Shown here in pieces: positions 8,722-18,068 of a stretch of 32,000 bases of DNA. The notes below the pieces were generated by a model, which worked only from the letters and a program-made list of their open reading frames with translations, ran no database searches and had not been told where the DNA came from. Every line of letters begins with the position of its first letter. Position 1 is the first letter of the stretch. The DNA lies in the NCBI RefSeq assembly GCF_000179635.2, contig NC_014833.1, forward strand, positions 2,760,001 to 2,792,000. Direction: 5' to 3'. This DNA is from Ruminococcus albus 7 = DSM 20455 (GTDB taxonomy: Bacteria; Bacillota; Clostridia; Oscillospirales; Ruminococcaceae). Made by a program: the position numbers and the translations under genes.

Positions 8722-9969
8722 TCACTTAACTGCAATAGTGAAAGCCCTGTTTGCAAGATCTGATGTATCCCACTTTCCATTGACCTTTGCACATATCACC
8801 ACGTCATACTTGCTGCCTGCTTTCAGCTTAGGCGAAGTAAATGTCGTGGTCTTTGCGTCGGTGTAAGCCTGTACTTTCCACTTTCCTGCCAGATTAACTG
8901 CAACACCGTACTGCTGTGCACCCTCTACCTCCGTCCAGTTAAGGCGGAACTGGAAATAATCCGAATAATTGATCCTTGCAACTTTTGCAAATTTTGCCTC
9001 TCTCAGCTCAGGAAATTCAGTCCTGTTTTCAATGTCTATCACCTTGAAATTGGTAGCGTTTGCAAGTGCGTGTTTCTCAGCAGCTGAACCATTATAACAC
9101 TTCAGTGTGAAAGAAGGTTCTTTATTTTCATTTTCAGACCTGTAATTGTTTGTAAAGGTATTTCCGCCAATTTTCTTTAAGCTTGCAGGAGCTACTAATT
9201 CTTTAAGGCTTGTACACCTGTAAAAATTAGAGTTATTTATATAATCAACGTTAGATGATAATTTAACATCTTCAAGAGAAGTACACGCATAAAAAGCCAT
9301 AGTTCCAATATATGTCACAGTATCAGGTATTGATATGCTGACAATTTTTTTACAGTTTTGAAAAGCATAATCTTTAATAGTTTCCAGACCATCAGGCAGG
9401 TTGATATTATCAAGGTTATAGCAAGCACGAAATGCAGCCTCACCTATAGATTTAATACCGGAAGGCAGCTCAACATCCGTAAGATTTTCACAGCCATCAA
9501 ATGTTGCAATTTCTATTTCAGTTAATTTACTTGATAATGTAACTCTCTCCAGAGCAATGCACGTTGCAAACACACTGCCTCCTAAAGTTTCAACGCTGTC
9601 GGGCATTTCCACTTTGATCAATTTCTTACAAGAACAAAAAGACTGTGCACCTAAATTTTTAACACCATCAGGTATCTTGACTTCAAGTAAATCGCCACAT
9701 TCATAAAAAGCTCTCCTGCCGATACTTGTCACAGCCAAACCGTCTATCTCAGCAGGTATATCAACAACTTCATCGGTACCGTTGTACTTTGTTATCTCAA
9801 CAGTACCATTATCTAAAGTGTACTCATAATCGCCATAAGTCAGCACTTCTGTATCAGAGCTTGCAGCCGAAGCTGTCACACCACTGTAAACAACTGCACC
9901 CGGCAAAGCAGTACCTCCGAATACAAGTGTCAGCGCCAGCAGACCTGATGTAAATCTTTTTTTATTCAT
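8722..9969 (-). CDS. Cell-surface leucine-rich-repeat protein (BspA-type LRR) with a C-terminal Fn3-like domain
   Basis: 415 aa. Signal peptide MNKKRFTSGLLALTLVFGGTALPGA. Repeated IPDxVxxIGxxAFxxCxxLxxV units, then an Fn3-like tail (W..VEGAQQYGVAV...KLKAGSKYDVVICAKV). GGGAGG RBS. Confidence 0.8.
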   Translation of the reverse strand: MNKKRFTSGLLALTLVFGGTALPGAVVYSGVTASAASSDTEVLTYGDYEYTLDNGTVEITKYNGTDEVVDIPAEIDGLAVTSIGRRAFYECGDLLEVKIPDGVKNLGAQSFCSCKKLIKVEMPDSVETLGGSVFATCIALERVTLSSKLTEIEIATFDGCENLTDVELPSGIKSIGEAAFRACYNLDNINLPDGLETIKDYAFQNCKKIVSISIPDTVTYIGTMAFYACTSLEDVKLSSNVDYINNSNFYRCTSLKELVAPASLKKIGGNTFTNNYRSENENKEPSFTLKCYNGSAAEKHALANATNFKVIDIENRTEFPELREAKFAKVARINYSDYFQFRLNWTEVEGAQQYGVAVNLAGKWKVQAYTDAKTTTFTSPKLKAGSKYDVVICAKVNGKWDTSDLANRAFTIAVK

Positions 9970-10052
9970 ATTGATTACCTCCCAAATTAAATTATTTTAC
10001 ATATTGTATGATACCACAGCAATCATTATTTGTCAACAAAAATTTCAAATAA

Positions 10053-10086
10053 ACGCAAAAAACAGCAGAGCCTGAGCCCTGCTGTC
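10053..10086 (-). terminator. Rho-independent terminator after the second LRR protein gene
   Basis: Stem ACAGCAG (10062-10068) / CTGCTGT (10079-10085), followed on the minus strand by TTTTTTGCG. Confidence 0.6.
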
Positions 10087-10102
10087 GCAATTATTGATCA
10101 TA

Positions 10103-11482
10103 TTACTTGATAGTAACAGTAAATGCTCTGCCGCTGATATTGCTGGTATCCCATTCACCGTTCACCTTTGCACATATCACCATCTGATACTTATCTCCCG
10201 GTTTCAGCTTCGGTGATGTGAAAGTAGTGGTCTTGGCATTTGTGTATGCCTGTACCTTCCACTTTCCTGCCAGCTTTACAGCTATGCCGTACTGCTGTGC
10301 ATCGGGCACTGCCGACCACTTCACCCTGAACTGATGATAAACCTCGTTGTACTGCACTTCCTCAGGCACAGGATATGCAGGAACAGCCTTTTCGTTGGGT
10401 GTTACGGTTATAGCCTTTTCTACATCTGTATACTCCTTGCCGCATATGATAGCTGATACAGCCACCTGATACTCGGCGCCTGGCTTGAGTTTTTCCAGCA
10501 GATAGTAAGGAGTATCCACCTCAGCTATCTTTTTCCAGCTTCCGTTCTGTAAACCGTATACTCCGTATTTTTCAGCGCCGAAAGATTCTTCCCATTTGAG
10601 TTCAACACTTTCATCGCCTTTTTCAAATGTTACCTCTGGTATCAGATCATTCATATAAACATAGTCCAAACCGATATCATCAGCATACGCCGCCGCAGCA
10701 GAACCCTTTACACAGTATATCTTCAATCCAAGACTTGTCGCCTTACTGAATGAGAATGTACCTATATCCTTAACGCTTCCCGCTATCATTACGTCACTCA
10801 GTGATATGCAGTAATAGAATGCGTGATTTCCGATAGCTGTTACACCATCCGGTATCACTATGCTCTTCAGTGATTTGCAATTGAAAAACATTTTCTCGCT
10901 TATCTCAGTTATACCCTTAGGCAAAGTAATATCAGCCAGACCGTAACAGTTCATAAATGCCTGCTCGCCAATGGTCTTCACGCCTTCGGGCATCCTTACT
11001 TCATTAAGTGAATAGCAGTCACTGAATGCCGATGCACCTATGCTCTCGAGTCCGTCAGGCAGATATATACTGCCCATATTAAGGCACCATGTAAAAGCAG
11101 AATCACCAATGGTCTTCAGCGTTCCGGGCAGTATGACCTCTCTCAGGAGCTTGCAGTTATCAAATGCGCTATTGCATATCTCAGTAACGCCTTCGGGTAT
11201 CTCAACGCTTGTCAGGCTGTTCATATTATAGAATGCCTTTTCGCCTATGCTCGTTACCTTTTTGCCGTCGATCTCATCGGGTATCTTAATATCTGCTTCG
11301 GTACCCAGATATTTGACTATGCTAACAGTACCGTCATCCAGTTCGCTGTACTCATAATCAGCACTGCCTTCTGCCGCCGCTGAGATAACACGGATCCCGC
11401 CATCCCTTGCCATAGGAAGAGCTGTTCCGCCTGTGACCAGTGCCAATGCCAGCAGACCTGCTGCAATTCTTTTAATATCCAT
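10103..11482 (-). CDS. Cell-surface leucine-rich-repeat protein (BspA-type LRR) with two C-terminal Fn3-like domains; paralog of 8722..9969
   Basis: The ORF-track frame is 10103..11506. The preferred start is ATG 11482 (MDIKRIAAGLLALALVTGG...), 8 nt after GGAGG (11491-11495). Same repeat unit as the neighbouring gene, and a closely related C-terminal 76 aa. Confidence 0.8.
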   Translation of the reverse strand: MDIKRIAAGLLALALVTGGTALPMARDGGIRVISAAAEGSADYEYSELDDGTVSIVKYLGTEADIKIPDEIDGKKVTSIGEKAFYNMNSLTSVEIPEGVTEICNSAFDNCKLLREVILPGTLKTIGDSAFTWCLNMGSIYLPDGLESIGASAFSDCYSLNEVRMPEGVKTIGEQAFMNCYGLADITLPKGITEISEKMFFNCKSLKSIVIPDGVTAIGNHAFYYCISLSDVMIAGSVKDIGTFSFSKATSLGLKIYCVKGSAAAAYADDIGLDYVYMNDLIPEVTFEKGDESVELKWEESFGAEKYGVYGLQNGSWKKIAEVDTPYYLLEKLKPGAEYQVAVSAIICGKEYTDVEKAITVTPNEKAVPAYPVPEEVQYNEVYHQFRVKWSAVPDAQQYGIAVKLAGKWKVQAYTNAKTTTFTSPKLKPGDKYQMVICAKVNGEWDTSNISGRAFTVTIK

Positions 11483-11726
11483 TTTAACGACCTCCATAAA
11501 AAACAATTTTTCATTTGATTATACCACTAACTTTATTCTTCTATTTTATCATAATTTTTTTAACTATTCTACCATATTTTTTGATAAATGTAAATACAAT
11601 ATCCGACACCCAACTCAGCACCCTTTATAAATGCCGCATGAGCGCGTATTTTCAGAGCTATTTCATTCAGCAGATACGCAGTCAAACAGGGTTTCAGATA
11701 CACAATTCATTATTTTGTAAAAACAC

Positions 11727-11755
11727 TTGACATATAAATTATGATATTGTATAAT
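11727..11755 (+). promoter_or_regulatory. Consensus sigma-70-type promoter of the LysR gene
   Basis: TTGACA (11727-11732), 17-nt spacer, TATAAT (11750-11755). Confidence 0.6.
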
Positions 11756-11792
11756 ACATATGAGCGTATATATTTTATCACATGGACGGAGG

Positions 11793-12728
11793 ATGAAGAT
11801 GAATCTTACGCATTTGAGATATGTTGTGGAAGTCGAGCGCCTTGGTTCTATAACCAAAGCTGCAGCTGCACTTTATATGGGTCAGCCGAATCTTTCCAAA
11901 GCTATAAAAGAAATGGAACATGAAGTTGGTATACCGATATTCAAGCGTTCTGCAAAGGGCGTAGTACCTACCGATAAAGGCAAGGCTTTCCTGCAGTATG
12001 CCAAGGCGATACTCGTCCAGCTGGATAAGATGGAAAATCTCTACAAGGACAACGTCAATAACAGAGTCAGCTTTTCACTCCTTCTGCCACGTGCAAGCTA
12101 TATCACCCATGCATTTACCTGCTTTTTAAACAACGTATCAGACAGTCAGGCTATGGATGTCAAGATCAAAGAAACCAACTCCATGGAAACTATAAACTCT
12201 GTAGTCGAATGCGAATATGATATGGGCATAATACGCTATCCCATCGCATACGAAAGCTTTTTTCTTCCGCTGCTGGAGGAAAAGAACCTCACCGTACACA
12301 GCAGCTGGGAGTATGACTATGTGCTTATAATGAGCGAGGACAGCCCCCTTGCCCTTGAAGATGATATCACCGAGGATGTGCTTGAAAAGTATATCGAGAT
12401 ACTCCACGGCGATAACACCGTCCCAAATATCGCATCGGTATATCAAAAAAAGAATTCCGATCTCAACCCTCACAGACGGCATATATATGTATACGAAAGA
12501 GGAAGTCAGTTCGATATACTGTCGTCGTGTCCCGAATCATATATGTGGGTATCGCCCATGCCGCAGGAGATACTTGACCGCTGCAGACTTGTACAGCGCA
12601 GTACCCCGAATATCCGCAAGACCAATAAGGACGTTCTGATATACCAATCCAGCTACCGGCTCAGCGCTACAGATAATATATTCCTGGAGGAACTTGAAAA
12701 GGTACGCAAAGAGATCAGTATATTATAA
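11793..12728 (+). CDS. LysR family transcriptional regulator
   Basis: N-terminal LysR HTH: MNLTHLRYVVEVERLGSITKAAAALYMGQPNLSKAIKEMEHEVG. The start is ATG 11793 or, with better spacing from GGAGG, ATG 11799. The tracked ORF begins further upstream at 11760. Confidence 0.85.
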   Translation: MKMNLTHLRYVVEVERLGSITKAAAALYMGQPNLSKAIKEMEHEVGIPIFKRSAKGVVPTDKGKAFLQYAKAILVQLDKMENLYKDNVNNRVSFSLLLPRASYITHAFTCFLNNVSDSQAMDVKIKETNSMETINSVVECEYDMGIIRYPIAYESFFLPLLEEKNLTVHSSWEYDYVLIMSEDSPLALEDDITEDVLEKYIEILHGDNTVPNIASVYQKKNSDLNPHRRHIYVYERGSQFDILSSCPESYMWVSPMPQEILDRCRLVQRSTPNIRKTNKDVLIYQSSYRLSATDNIFLEELEKVRKEISIL

Positions 12729-12761
12729 TATGGTTATCCCCTTAACACACCACAAGTAAGA

Positions 12762-13064
12762 TCACTGCACCAAAGCAGCCAAGATCCTTAAATACGCACT
12801 GTTTCCAAGCTTGCGGCGGTTGAATTTGCAGCAGTATTCAGCAGCATAGTATTGCACCTGAATAGGCCAATGATCCGGTCCCGGTTCAGTCACTTCTATG
12901 TAAAAATCATAATCTTGTTCCTCATCTCCCAAATATGCTTCTGCTGATGCACCTGAGTTTTCATCAACCAAAATGCCGTTTTCCATTACAAGAGTATATG
13001 AATAATCCGAAGGAAAAGTAACGTAATTATCACTTCTGAAGCGTATCTGTCCACTCGGATCCAT
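12762..13064 (-). CDS. Acidic 100-aa hypothetical protein, possibly a gene remnant
   Basis: ORF only, with a weak RBS and no recognisable motif. An adjacent upstream stretch is open in a different frame. Confidence 0.3.
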   Translation of the reverse strand: MDPSGQIRFRSDNYVTFPSDYSYTLVMENGILVDENSGASAEAYLGDEEQDYDFYIEVTEPGPDHWPIQVQYYAAEYCCKFNRRKLGNSAYLRILAALVQ

Positions 13065-13155
13065 AGTATTTCCGTGATCTTCTGGGATACTATGGCGTTC
13101 TTGTATTTATGGTTTGTGCCTTTAAGATTGTTTTTGACAGACACTTATACTCAGT

Positions 13156-13198
13156 AAAACAAACCCGCCGATGTGCTTAATATAAACACATCGGCGGG
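13156..13198 (-). terminator. Rho-independent terminator of the ABC transporter gene
   Basis: Perfect 12-bp stem CCCGCCGATGTG (13164-13175) / CACATCGGCGGG (13187-13198), followed on the minus strand by TTTGTTTT. Confidence 0.8.
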
Positions 13199-13209
13199 AT
13201 AATTTTATA

Positions 13210-16074
13210 TCATTCTGTCCTGAGGGCTGTAACAGGATCTTTCTTGGCTGCTTTCTTCGCGGGGATAAAACCGCCTATAAGTGTCAGGAATATGCTGAGG
13301 GCTATCAGTACAAATGCACTTAGCACAGGGAGAGATGCATTAACATCATCTGTTTCTGCCACTTGATGTATCACTGCATTGCCGGGTATCAGCATAAGTA
13401 GGGTAAGTCCTATACCTATAATACCCGAACAAAGTCCGATGATAAATGTTTCAGCATTGAATACCTGTGAGATATTCCTCTTTGAAGCACCTATCGCACG
13501 GAGGATACCTATCTCCTTTGTTCTTTCAAGAACGGAGATATAGGTGATGATTCCGATCATGATGGAGGATACTATCAGCGATACTGCAACAAAGGCTATC
13601 AGTACATAGGATATTGTATTTACTATCTTTGTTACCGAGGACATCATCAGACCTACATAATCGGTGTAGGTTATCTGGTCTTCAGCACCTGCCTTATTGT
13701 TATAGTCCCGGATACATTGTGCTATGGCGTCCTTTGATTCAAAATCGTCTGCGTAGATATCTATTGATGAAGGTGCATCTAAACTTACAACGCCAAGTGT
13801 CGAGAGTGTATCATCATAGTTGCCGTTTGAGATATACATATCATATATCATCAGCATTACATTATCATCGGGAGATTCAAGATATTCATCAAGTAATTGC
13901 GACATATCCATCTCGCTCATATTTTCGGGGTCTGCCATTTCATCAGGCATATCGGGGATATCTGCGTTTTCTGCTGTTTCAGCATCATCGGACTCCCCTG
14001 CTTTTGCTGAGTTGCTCTGTTTCTGTATCTCACCTGTAATTTCAGGGATGATGCCTGAAAGGTCATCCATGGACATTCCTGCCATCGACATCATGGACAT
14101 ACTGTCCATGGACTGCATCATCGTAGTGTAAATACCAGCTTTTTCACTTGTGTTAAGGCTTCTTATATATGTCTTTGCATCCTCGATCTTCTGCTTATCA
14201 TCGGCAGCTTCAAAGCTAAGACCGTTTATGACATTTATGTCCTTGTTTGCCAGCTGTTCTTTTACAATTTCGCTGTTGTTGGTATGATCTATCAGGTAAT
14301 TTGTCAGCGCCGAGGTATAACCGATCGGTGTGTTGATCAGCTGAACATCAGAATCAGCGTTAGGCTTGATGATACCGGCTATCTTCAGCTTTATTGCACT
14401 GTCTATCATTCCCTCTATGGCGGTATTGTCATCCGATATATTATCATATGTGCCGTTCTCGTTCTTTATGAAAAGATCACACTGGGGAATAAGATAATAA
14501 TCCTTAGCACAGATATCAGCATAATCCAGCTTTTTGGATTCTATTTTGACCTCTTTGCCTGCATCTATCTGATCCACGATATCTTTATATTCCTGTGAGG
14601 GAAGTATCCCGAGTTCATAGAGAACAGTTGCTGAGACTTCATTGTTTTCATCAAGTACAAGTACGACCTCATCGTATTTTTCAGGATACTTACCGTAAAG
14701 GACTTCATAATTCTCAGTCATAGCATTGCTGACCTGATTACCGTCAGTCCCTGCGATAAGCTGTGAAAAATCAGATGCATAAGCACCGCCCATCATGCCC
14801 ATTACATCCCTGCCTTCCAGAGGAGTTGCCTTTCTGGAACTGAGGGTACTGCCGTCGGTGTTGACGAATTCGCCGTTTTCATCATATGTGAATACGCCGA
14901 ATTTTGTATCGTAGGAATAAACTATGCCGTTCTCACCCACGTATTTGTTTATCTCACTGTCTTTATCGTCAAGATATTTTTTGAAAGCGGTCAGGTTGTT
15001 TTTTGTGAGGCTCATTGTCATAGCCGCCCTGTCCTCAAAATCAGAGTTGTCAACATAAACGCCGTCCATATCGTGAGTTTTTTCCTCTTCGCTCTGCCTG
15101 CCCATGGGAGTGTTTTCTATCACAGCGCTCATATCAAAAGTCTGAGCTTCGATACTTATAGGATACGACGCCATGGTGCTTTTCTGTACATCACTGATAT
15201 AATTGTTTACACCATTTGACAGTGAAAGTATCATCGCGATACCTATGATACCGATAGAGCCTGCAAAAGAGGTCAGCAGAGTTCTTCCCTTTTTGGTACG
15301 CAGATTGTTGAAACTGAGACCCAGCGAAGTCAGCGGTGACATTGACGATCTGCCCATGTTCTTGTGCTCGGGTGAGGCAAGTTCGGTCTCATCTACCTCA
15401 TAAGGGTTGGAATCGTTTATCATTTTTCCGTCTTTGAGTTTTACTATCCTGTTGGCATATTGCTCCGCCAGTTCAGGGTTATGTGTAACCATTATGACCA
15501 GCCTGTCCTTTGCGACTTCCGCAAGCAAGTCCATAACCTGTACACTGGTCTCGGAATCAAGAGCACCTGTCGGTTCGTCCGCAAGGAGTATATCGGGGTC
15601 GTTTACCAATGCTCTCGCGATAGCCACACGCTGCATCTGTCCGCCCGACATCTGATTGGGACGCTTGTGTATCTGTTCTCCAAGTCCCACTTTTTCAAGC
15701 GCTTCTTTAGCACGTCTTTTTCTTTCGGACTTAGAGATACCCGAAATGGTCAGGGCAAGCTCAACATTTGAAAGCACGCTCTGGTGCGGGATAAGGTTGT
15801 AGCTCTGAAACACAAAACCTATTGTATGGTTACGGTAGCTGTCCCAGTCCCTGTCCTTGTATTTCTTTGTAGATATCCCGTTGATGATTAGGTCGCCGCT
15901 GTCATAGCGGTCAAGTCCGCCCACTATATTCAGCAGTGTCGTCTTTCCAGAACCCGACGGACCCAGTATCGCAACAAATTCATTGTCACGGAAATTAAGG
16001 CTGACCCCGTCCAGCGCGGTCTGTTTCAGATCGCCTGTGATGTACTCCTTTCGGATGTCTTGGATCTTTAACAT
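13210..16074 (-). CDS. Fused ABC transporter: MacB/LolD-type ATPase plus FtsX-type permease with a very large extracytoplasmic domain
   Basis: 954 aa. Walker A GPSGSGKTT, signature MSGGQMQRVAIARAL, Walker B ILLADEPTGALD. Then a TM helix, about 550 aa of soluble domain, and a C-terminal FtsX-like three-TM block (ERTKEIGILRAIGASKRNI...). GAAGGAG RBS. Confidence 0.85.
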   Translation of the reverse strand: MLKIQDIRKEYITGDLKQTALDGVSLNFRDNEFVAILGPSGSGKTTLLNIVGGLDRYDSGDLIINGISTKKYKDRDWDSYRNHTIGFVFQSYNLIPHQSVLSNVELALTISGISKSERKRRAKEALEKVGLGEQIHKRPNQMSGGQMQRVAIARALVNDPDILLADEPTGALDSETSVQVMDLLAEVAKDRLVIMVTHNPELAEQYANRIVKLKDGKMINDSNPYEVDETELASPEHKNMGRSSMSPLTSLGLSFNNLRTKKGRTLLTSFAGSIGIIGIAMILSLSNGVNNYISDVQKSTMASYPISIEAQTFDMSAVIENTPMGRQSEEEKTHDMDGVYVDNSDFEDRAAMTMSLTKNNLTAFKKYLDDKDSEINKYVGENGIVYSYDTKFGVFTYDENGEFVNTDGSTLSSRKATPLEGRDVMGMMGGAYASDFSQLIAGTDGNQVSNAMTENYEVLYGKYPEKYDEVVLVLDENNEVSATVLYELGILPSQEYKDIVDQIDAGKEVKIESKKLDYADICAKDYYLIPQCDLFIKNENGTYDNISDDNTAIEGMIDSAIKLKIAGIIKPNADSDVQLINTPIGYTSALTNYLIDHTNNSEIVKEQLANKDINVINGLSFEAADDKQKIEDAKTYIRSLNTSEKAGIYTTMMQSMDSMSMMSMAGMSMDDLSGIIPEITGEIQKQSNSAKAGESDDAETAENADIPDMPDEMADPENMSEMDMSQLLDEYLESPDDNVMLMIYDMYISNGNYDDTLSTLGVVSLDAPSSIDIYADDFESKDAIAQCIRDYNNKAGAEDQITYTDYVGLMMSSVTKIVNTISYVLIAFVAVSLIVSSIMIGIITYISVLERTKEIGILRAIGASKRNISQVFNAETFIIGLCSGIIGIGLTLLMLIPGNAVIHQVAETDDVNASLPVLSAFVLIALSIFLTLIGGFIPAKKAAKKDPVTALRTE

Positions 16075-16260
16075 TTGCTCTCCTTCTTTCGTCTGTCTTT
16101 ATATATTTAATAGTACAGAGTTTTCACAGCATCAAGATCAACTCCGCCCGCTGAGAAAAACTCGACAAATTTCATTTTATCACACCTTGAACAACTACAA
16201 GTAATAACTATGTGATAATTATGTGAAATCAATTAAAGATCAGGTGATACAAACATGGTA

Positions 16261-16289
16261 TTTACTTAACGGATATTTTGTTCTATAAT
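16261..16289 (+). promoter_or_regulatory. Candidate plus-strand promoter with no ORF downstream
   Basis: TTTACT (16261-16266), 17-nt spacer, TATAAT (16284-16289). The only downstream plus-strand signal is the terminator at 16531-16565. Confidence 0.35.
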
Positions 16290-16417
16290 TATTTACAGGC
16301 AGTCACGAAATATCCCCTGCTAAAAGTGAACTGTGACACGGATGAAAATTCAGCCATATGAGAAACGGTCAGCTGAAACCCGGATACAACATACAGTCAG
16401 CGGTGAAAGGCGTATAC

Positions 16418-16467
16418 AGAACAAAACACCCCCGAGTCCTCTTTTTTGAAGAGGGCTTGGGGGGTGT
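16418..16467 (-). terminator. Strong hairpin with a minus-strand T-run (second terminator or insulator between gdhA and the ABC gene)
   Basis: Arms 16426-16443 / 16449-16467 give a stem of about 18 bp (three of them G-U) with one bulged base. On the minus strand it is followed by TTTTGTTC. No U-run on the plus strand. Confidence 0.55.
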
Positions 16468-16530
16468 GCGCACTGAAACAGCTTATTTCACCAGTAATTA
16501 TGTTTTTTACTCTGATGTTCGGATATAGTT

Positions 16531-16565
16531 AGAGGGTGCTGCGGTTGCAACACCCTCTTTTGTAT
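16531..16565 (+). terminator. Plus-strand rho-independent terminator
   Basis: AGAGGGTG (16531-16538) / CACCCTCT (16551-16558) with inner TGC/GCA pairs, followed by TTTTGTAT on the plus strand only. Confidence 0.55.
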
Positions 16566-16597
16566 AAAAATATACCCGCCGAAACCGACGGGTATAT
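16563..16597 (-). terminator. gdhA rho-independent terminator
   Basis: TATACCCG (16571-16578) / CGGGTATA (16589-16596), followed on the minus strand by TTTTTATAC. It lies 35 nt after the gdhA stop. Confidence 0.7.
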
Positions 16598-16631
16598 CGA
16601 TATATAAGGACTAAAGTTTAAATGGCAGAGA

Positions 16632-17981
16632 TTATACCACGCCCTGAGCCTTCATAGCCTCAGCAACCTTCAGGAAGCCTGCGATGTTAGCGCCTGCGAT
16701 CAGGTCATCGCCCAGACCGTACTCCTTAGCAGCCTTAACAGAAGCGTCGAAGATATTCTTCATGATCTGGTGCAGCTTAGCGTCAACCTCTTCAGCTGTC
16801 CAGTTATATCTCATGGAGTTCTGGCTCATTTCCAGACCGGAAACGGAAACGCCGCCTGCGTTAACTGCCTTTGAAGGAGCAACATTCAGACCGTTTTCCT
16901 TCAGGTATGCAACAGCATCAGCAGTTGTAGGCATATTAGCAACCTCGATATAGTACTTAGCACCGTTAGCAACGATATTCTTAGCATCATCAAGATTTAC
17001 TTCGTTCTGAGTAGCGCAAGGCATATAGATATCAGCCTTAGCCTCCCAAGGCTTCTTGCCTGCATAGAAAGGTACACCGAACTTGTCAGCATAATCCTGA
17101 ACTCTGTTTCTGCAGGAAGCTCTCATCTCCAGCAGGTAATCTACCTTCTCGCCTGTGATGCCGTCCTTGTCGTAGATATAACCGTCAGGACCGGAGATAG
17201 TAACTACCTTTCCGCCCAGCTCGTTAACCTTCTTGATAGTACCCCAAGCAACGTTACCGAAGCCGGATACTGCAAAGGTCTTGCCCTCGATGGAATCATT
17301 GTAGTGCTTGAGCATCTCAACTGCGTAGTAAACAGCGCCGTAGCCTGTAGCCTCAGGTCTGATCAGGGATCCGCCGTATTCCATACCCTTACCGGTCAGA
17401 ACGCCAACGAACTCGTTTCTGATCCTCTTGTACTGACCGAACAGATAGCCGATCTCTCTTCCGCCAACACCGATATCACCTGCAGGAACGTCAGTATCAG
17501 CGCCAACGTGCTTGCACAGCTCAGTCATGAAGCTCTGGCAGAATCTCATAACTTCAGCGTCAGACTTGCCCTGAGGATCAAAGTCAGAACCGCCCTTGCC
17601 GCCGCCCATAGGAAGGCTGGTCAGGCTGTTCTTGAAAGTCTGCTCGAAGCCCAGGAACTTGATAACGGAAGCACATACTGTGGGGTGGAATCTCAGACCG
17701 CCCTTGTAAGGTCCGATAGCGGAGTTGAACTGGATACGGAAACCTCTGTTTACCTGTACCTTGCCGTTGTCATCAACCCAGGGAACACGGAACATTATCT
17801 GTCTCTCGGGCTCAACTATTCTGTCGAATACGCCTGCATCAATAAGATCCTGTCTCTTGTCAGCAACAGGAACAAGGCTCTCAAGAACCTCATAAACTGC
17901 CTGGTGGAATTCCTTCTCGCCGGGGTTTCTCTTCTCGACCTGCTCGTATACCTTCTGGAGGTACTCATTCTTCAATGCCAT
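16632..17981 (-). CDS. gdhA: NADP-specific glutamate dehydrogenase
   Basis: The Glu/Leu/Phe/Val dehydrogenase family is unmistakable (KGGLRFHP, LPMGGGKGGSDFDP, GFGNVAWG). The preferred start is ATG 17981 (MALKNEYLQKV...), after a GGGAG RBS. The tracked ORF starts 19 codons upstream. Confidence 0.95.
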   Translation of the reverse strand: MALKNEYLQKVYEQVEKRNPGEKEFHQAVYEVLESLVPVADKRQDLIDAGVFDRIVEPERQIMFRVPWVDDNGKVQVNRGFRIQFNSAIGPYKGGLRFHPTVCASVIKFLGFEQTFKNSLTSLPMGGGKGGSDFDPQGKSDAEVMRFCQSFMTELCKHVGADTDVPAGDIGVGGREIGYLFGQYKRIRNEFVGVLTGKGMEYGGSLIRPEATGYGAVYYAVEMLKHYNDSIEGKTFAVSGFGNVAWGTIKKVNELGGKVVTISGPDGYIYDKDGITGEKVDYLLEMRASCRNRVQDYADKFGVPFYAGKKPWEAKADIYMPCATQNEVNLDDAKNIVANGAKYYIEVANMPTTADAVAYLKENGLNVAPSKAVNAGGVSVSGLEMSQNSMRYNWTAEEVDAKLHQIMKNIFDASVKAAKEYGLGDDLIAGANIAGFLKVAEAMKAQGVV

Positions 17982-18068
17982 TGTAAAAACTCCCATCTTA
18001 AATAAATAGTCTGCTGTAAGCACGCCACACACGGACATTTGTCCGCGTCGGGCTCACACTGCCTTTAT

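Noticed and set aside
16342-16449. 35-aa ORF (MKIQPYEKRSAETRIQ...) inside the ORF-less unit
   Set aside because: There is no Shine-Dalgarno sequence. The peptide is basic and low in information, and its stop falls in a hairpin loop. It is probably non-coding.
17304-18005. 233-aa plus-strand ORF
   Set aside because: It lies entirely antisense to gdhA, an unmistakable and highly conserved gene. The product is low-complexity and there is no RBS. It is a typical shadow ORF.
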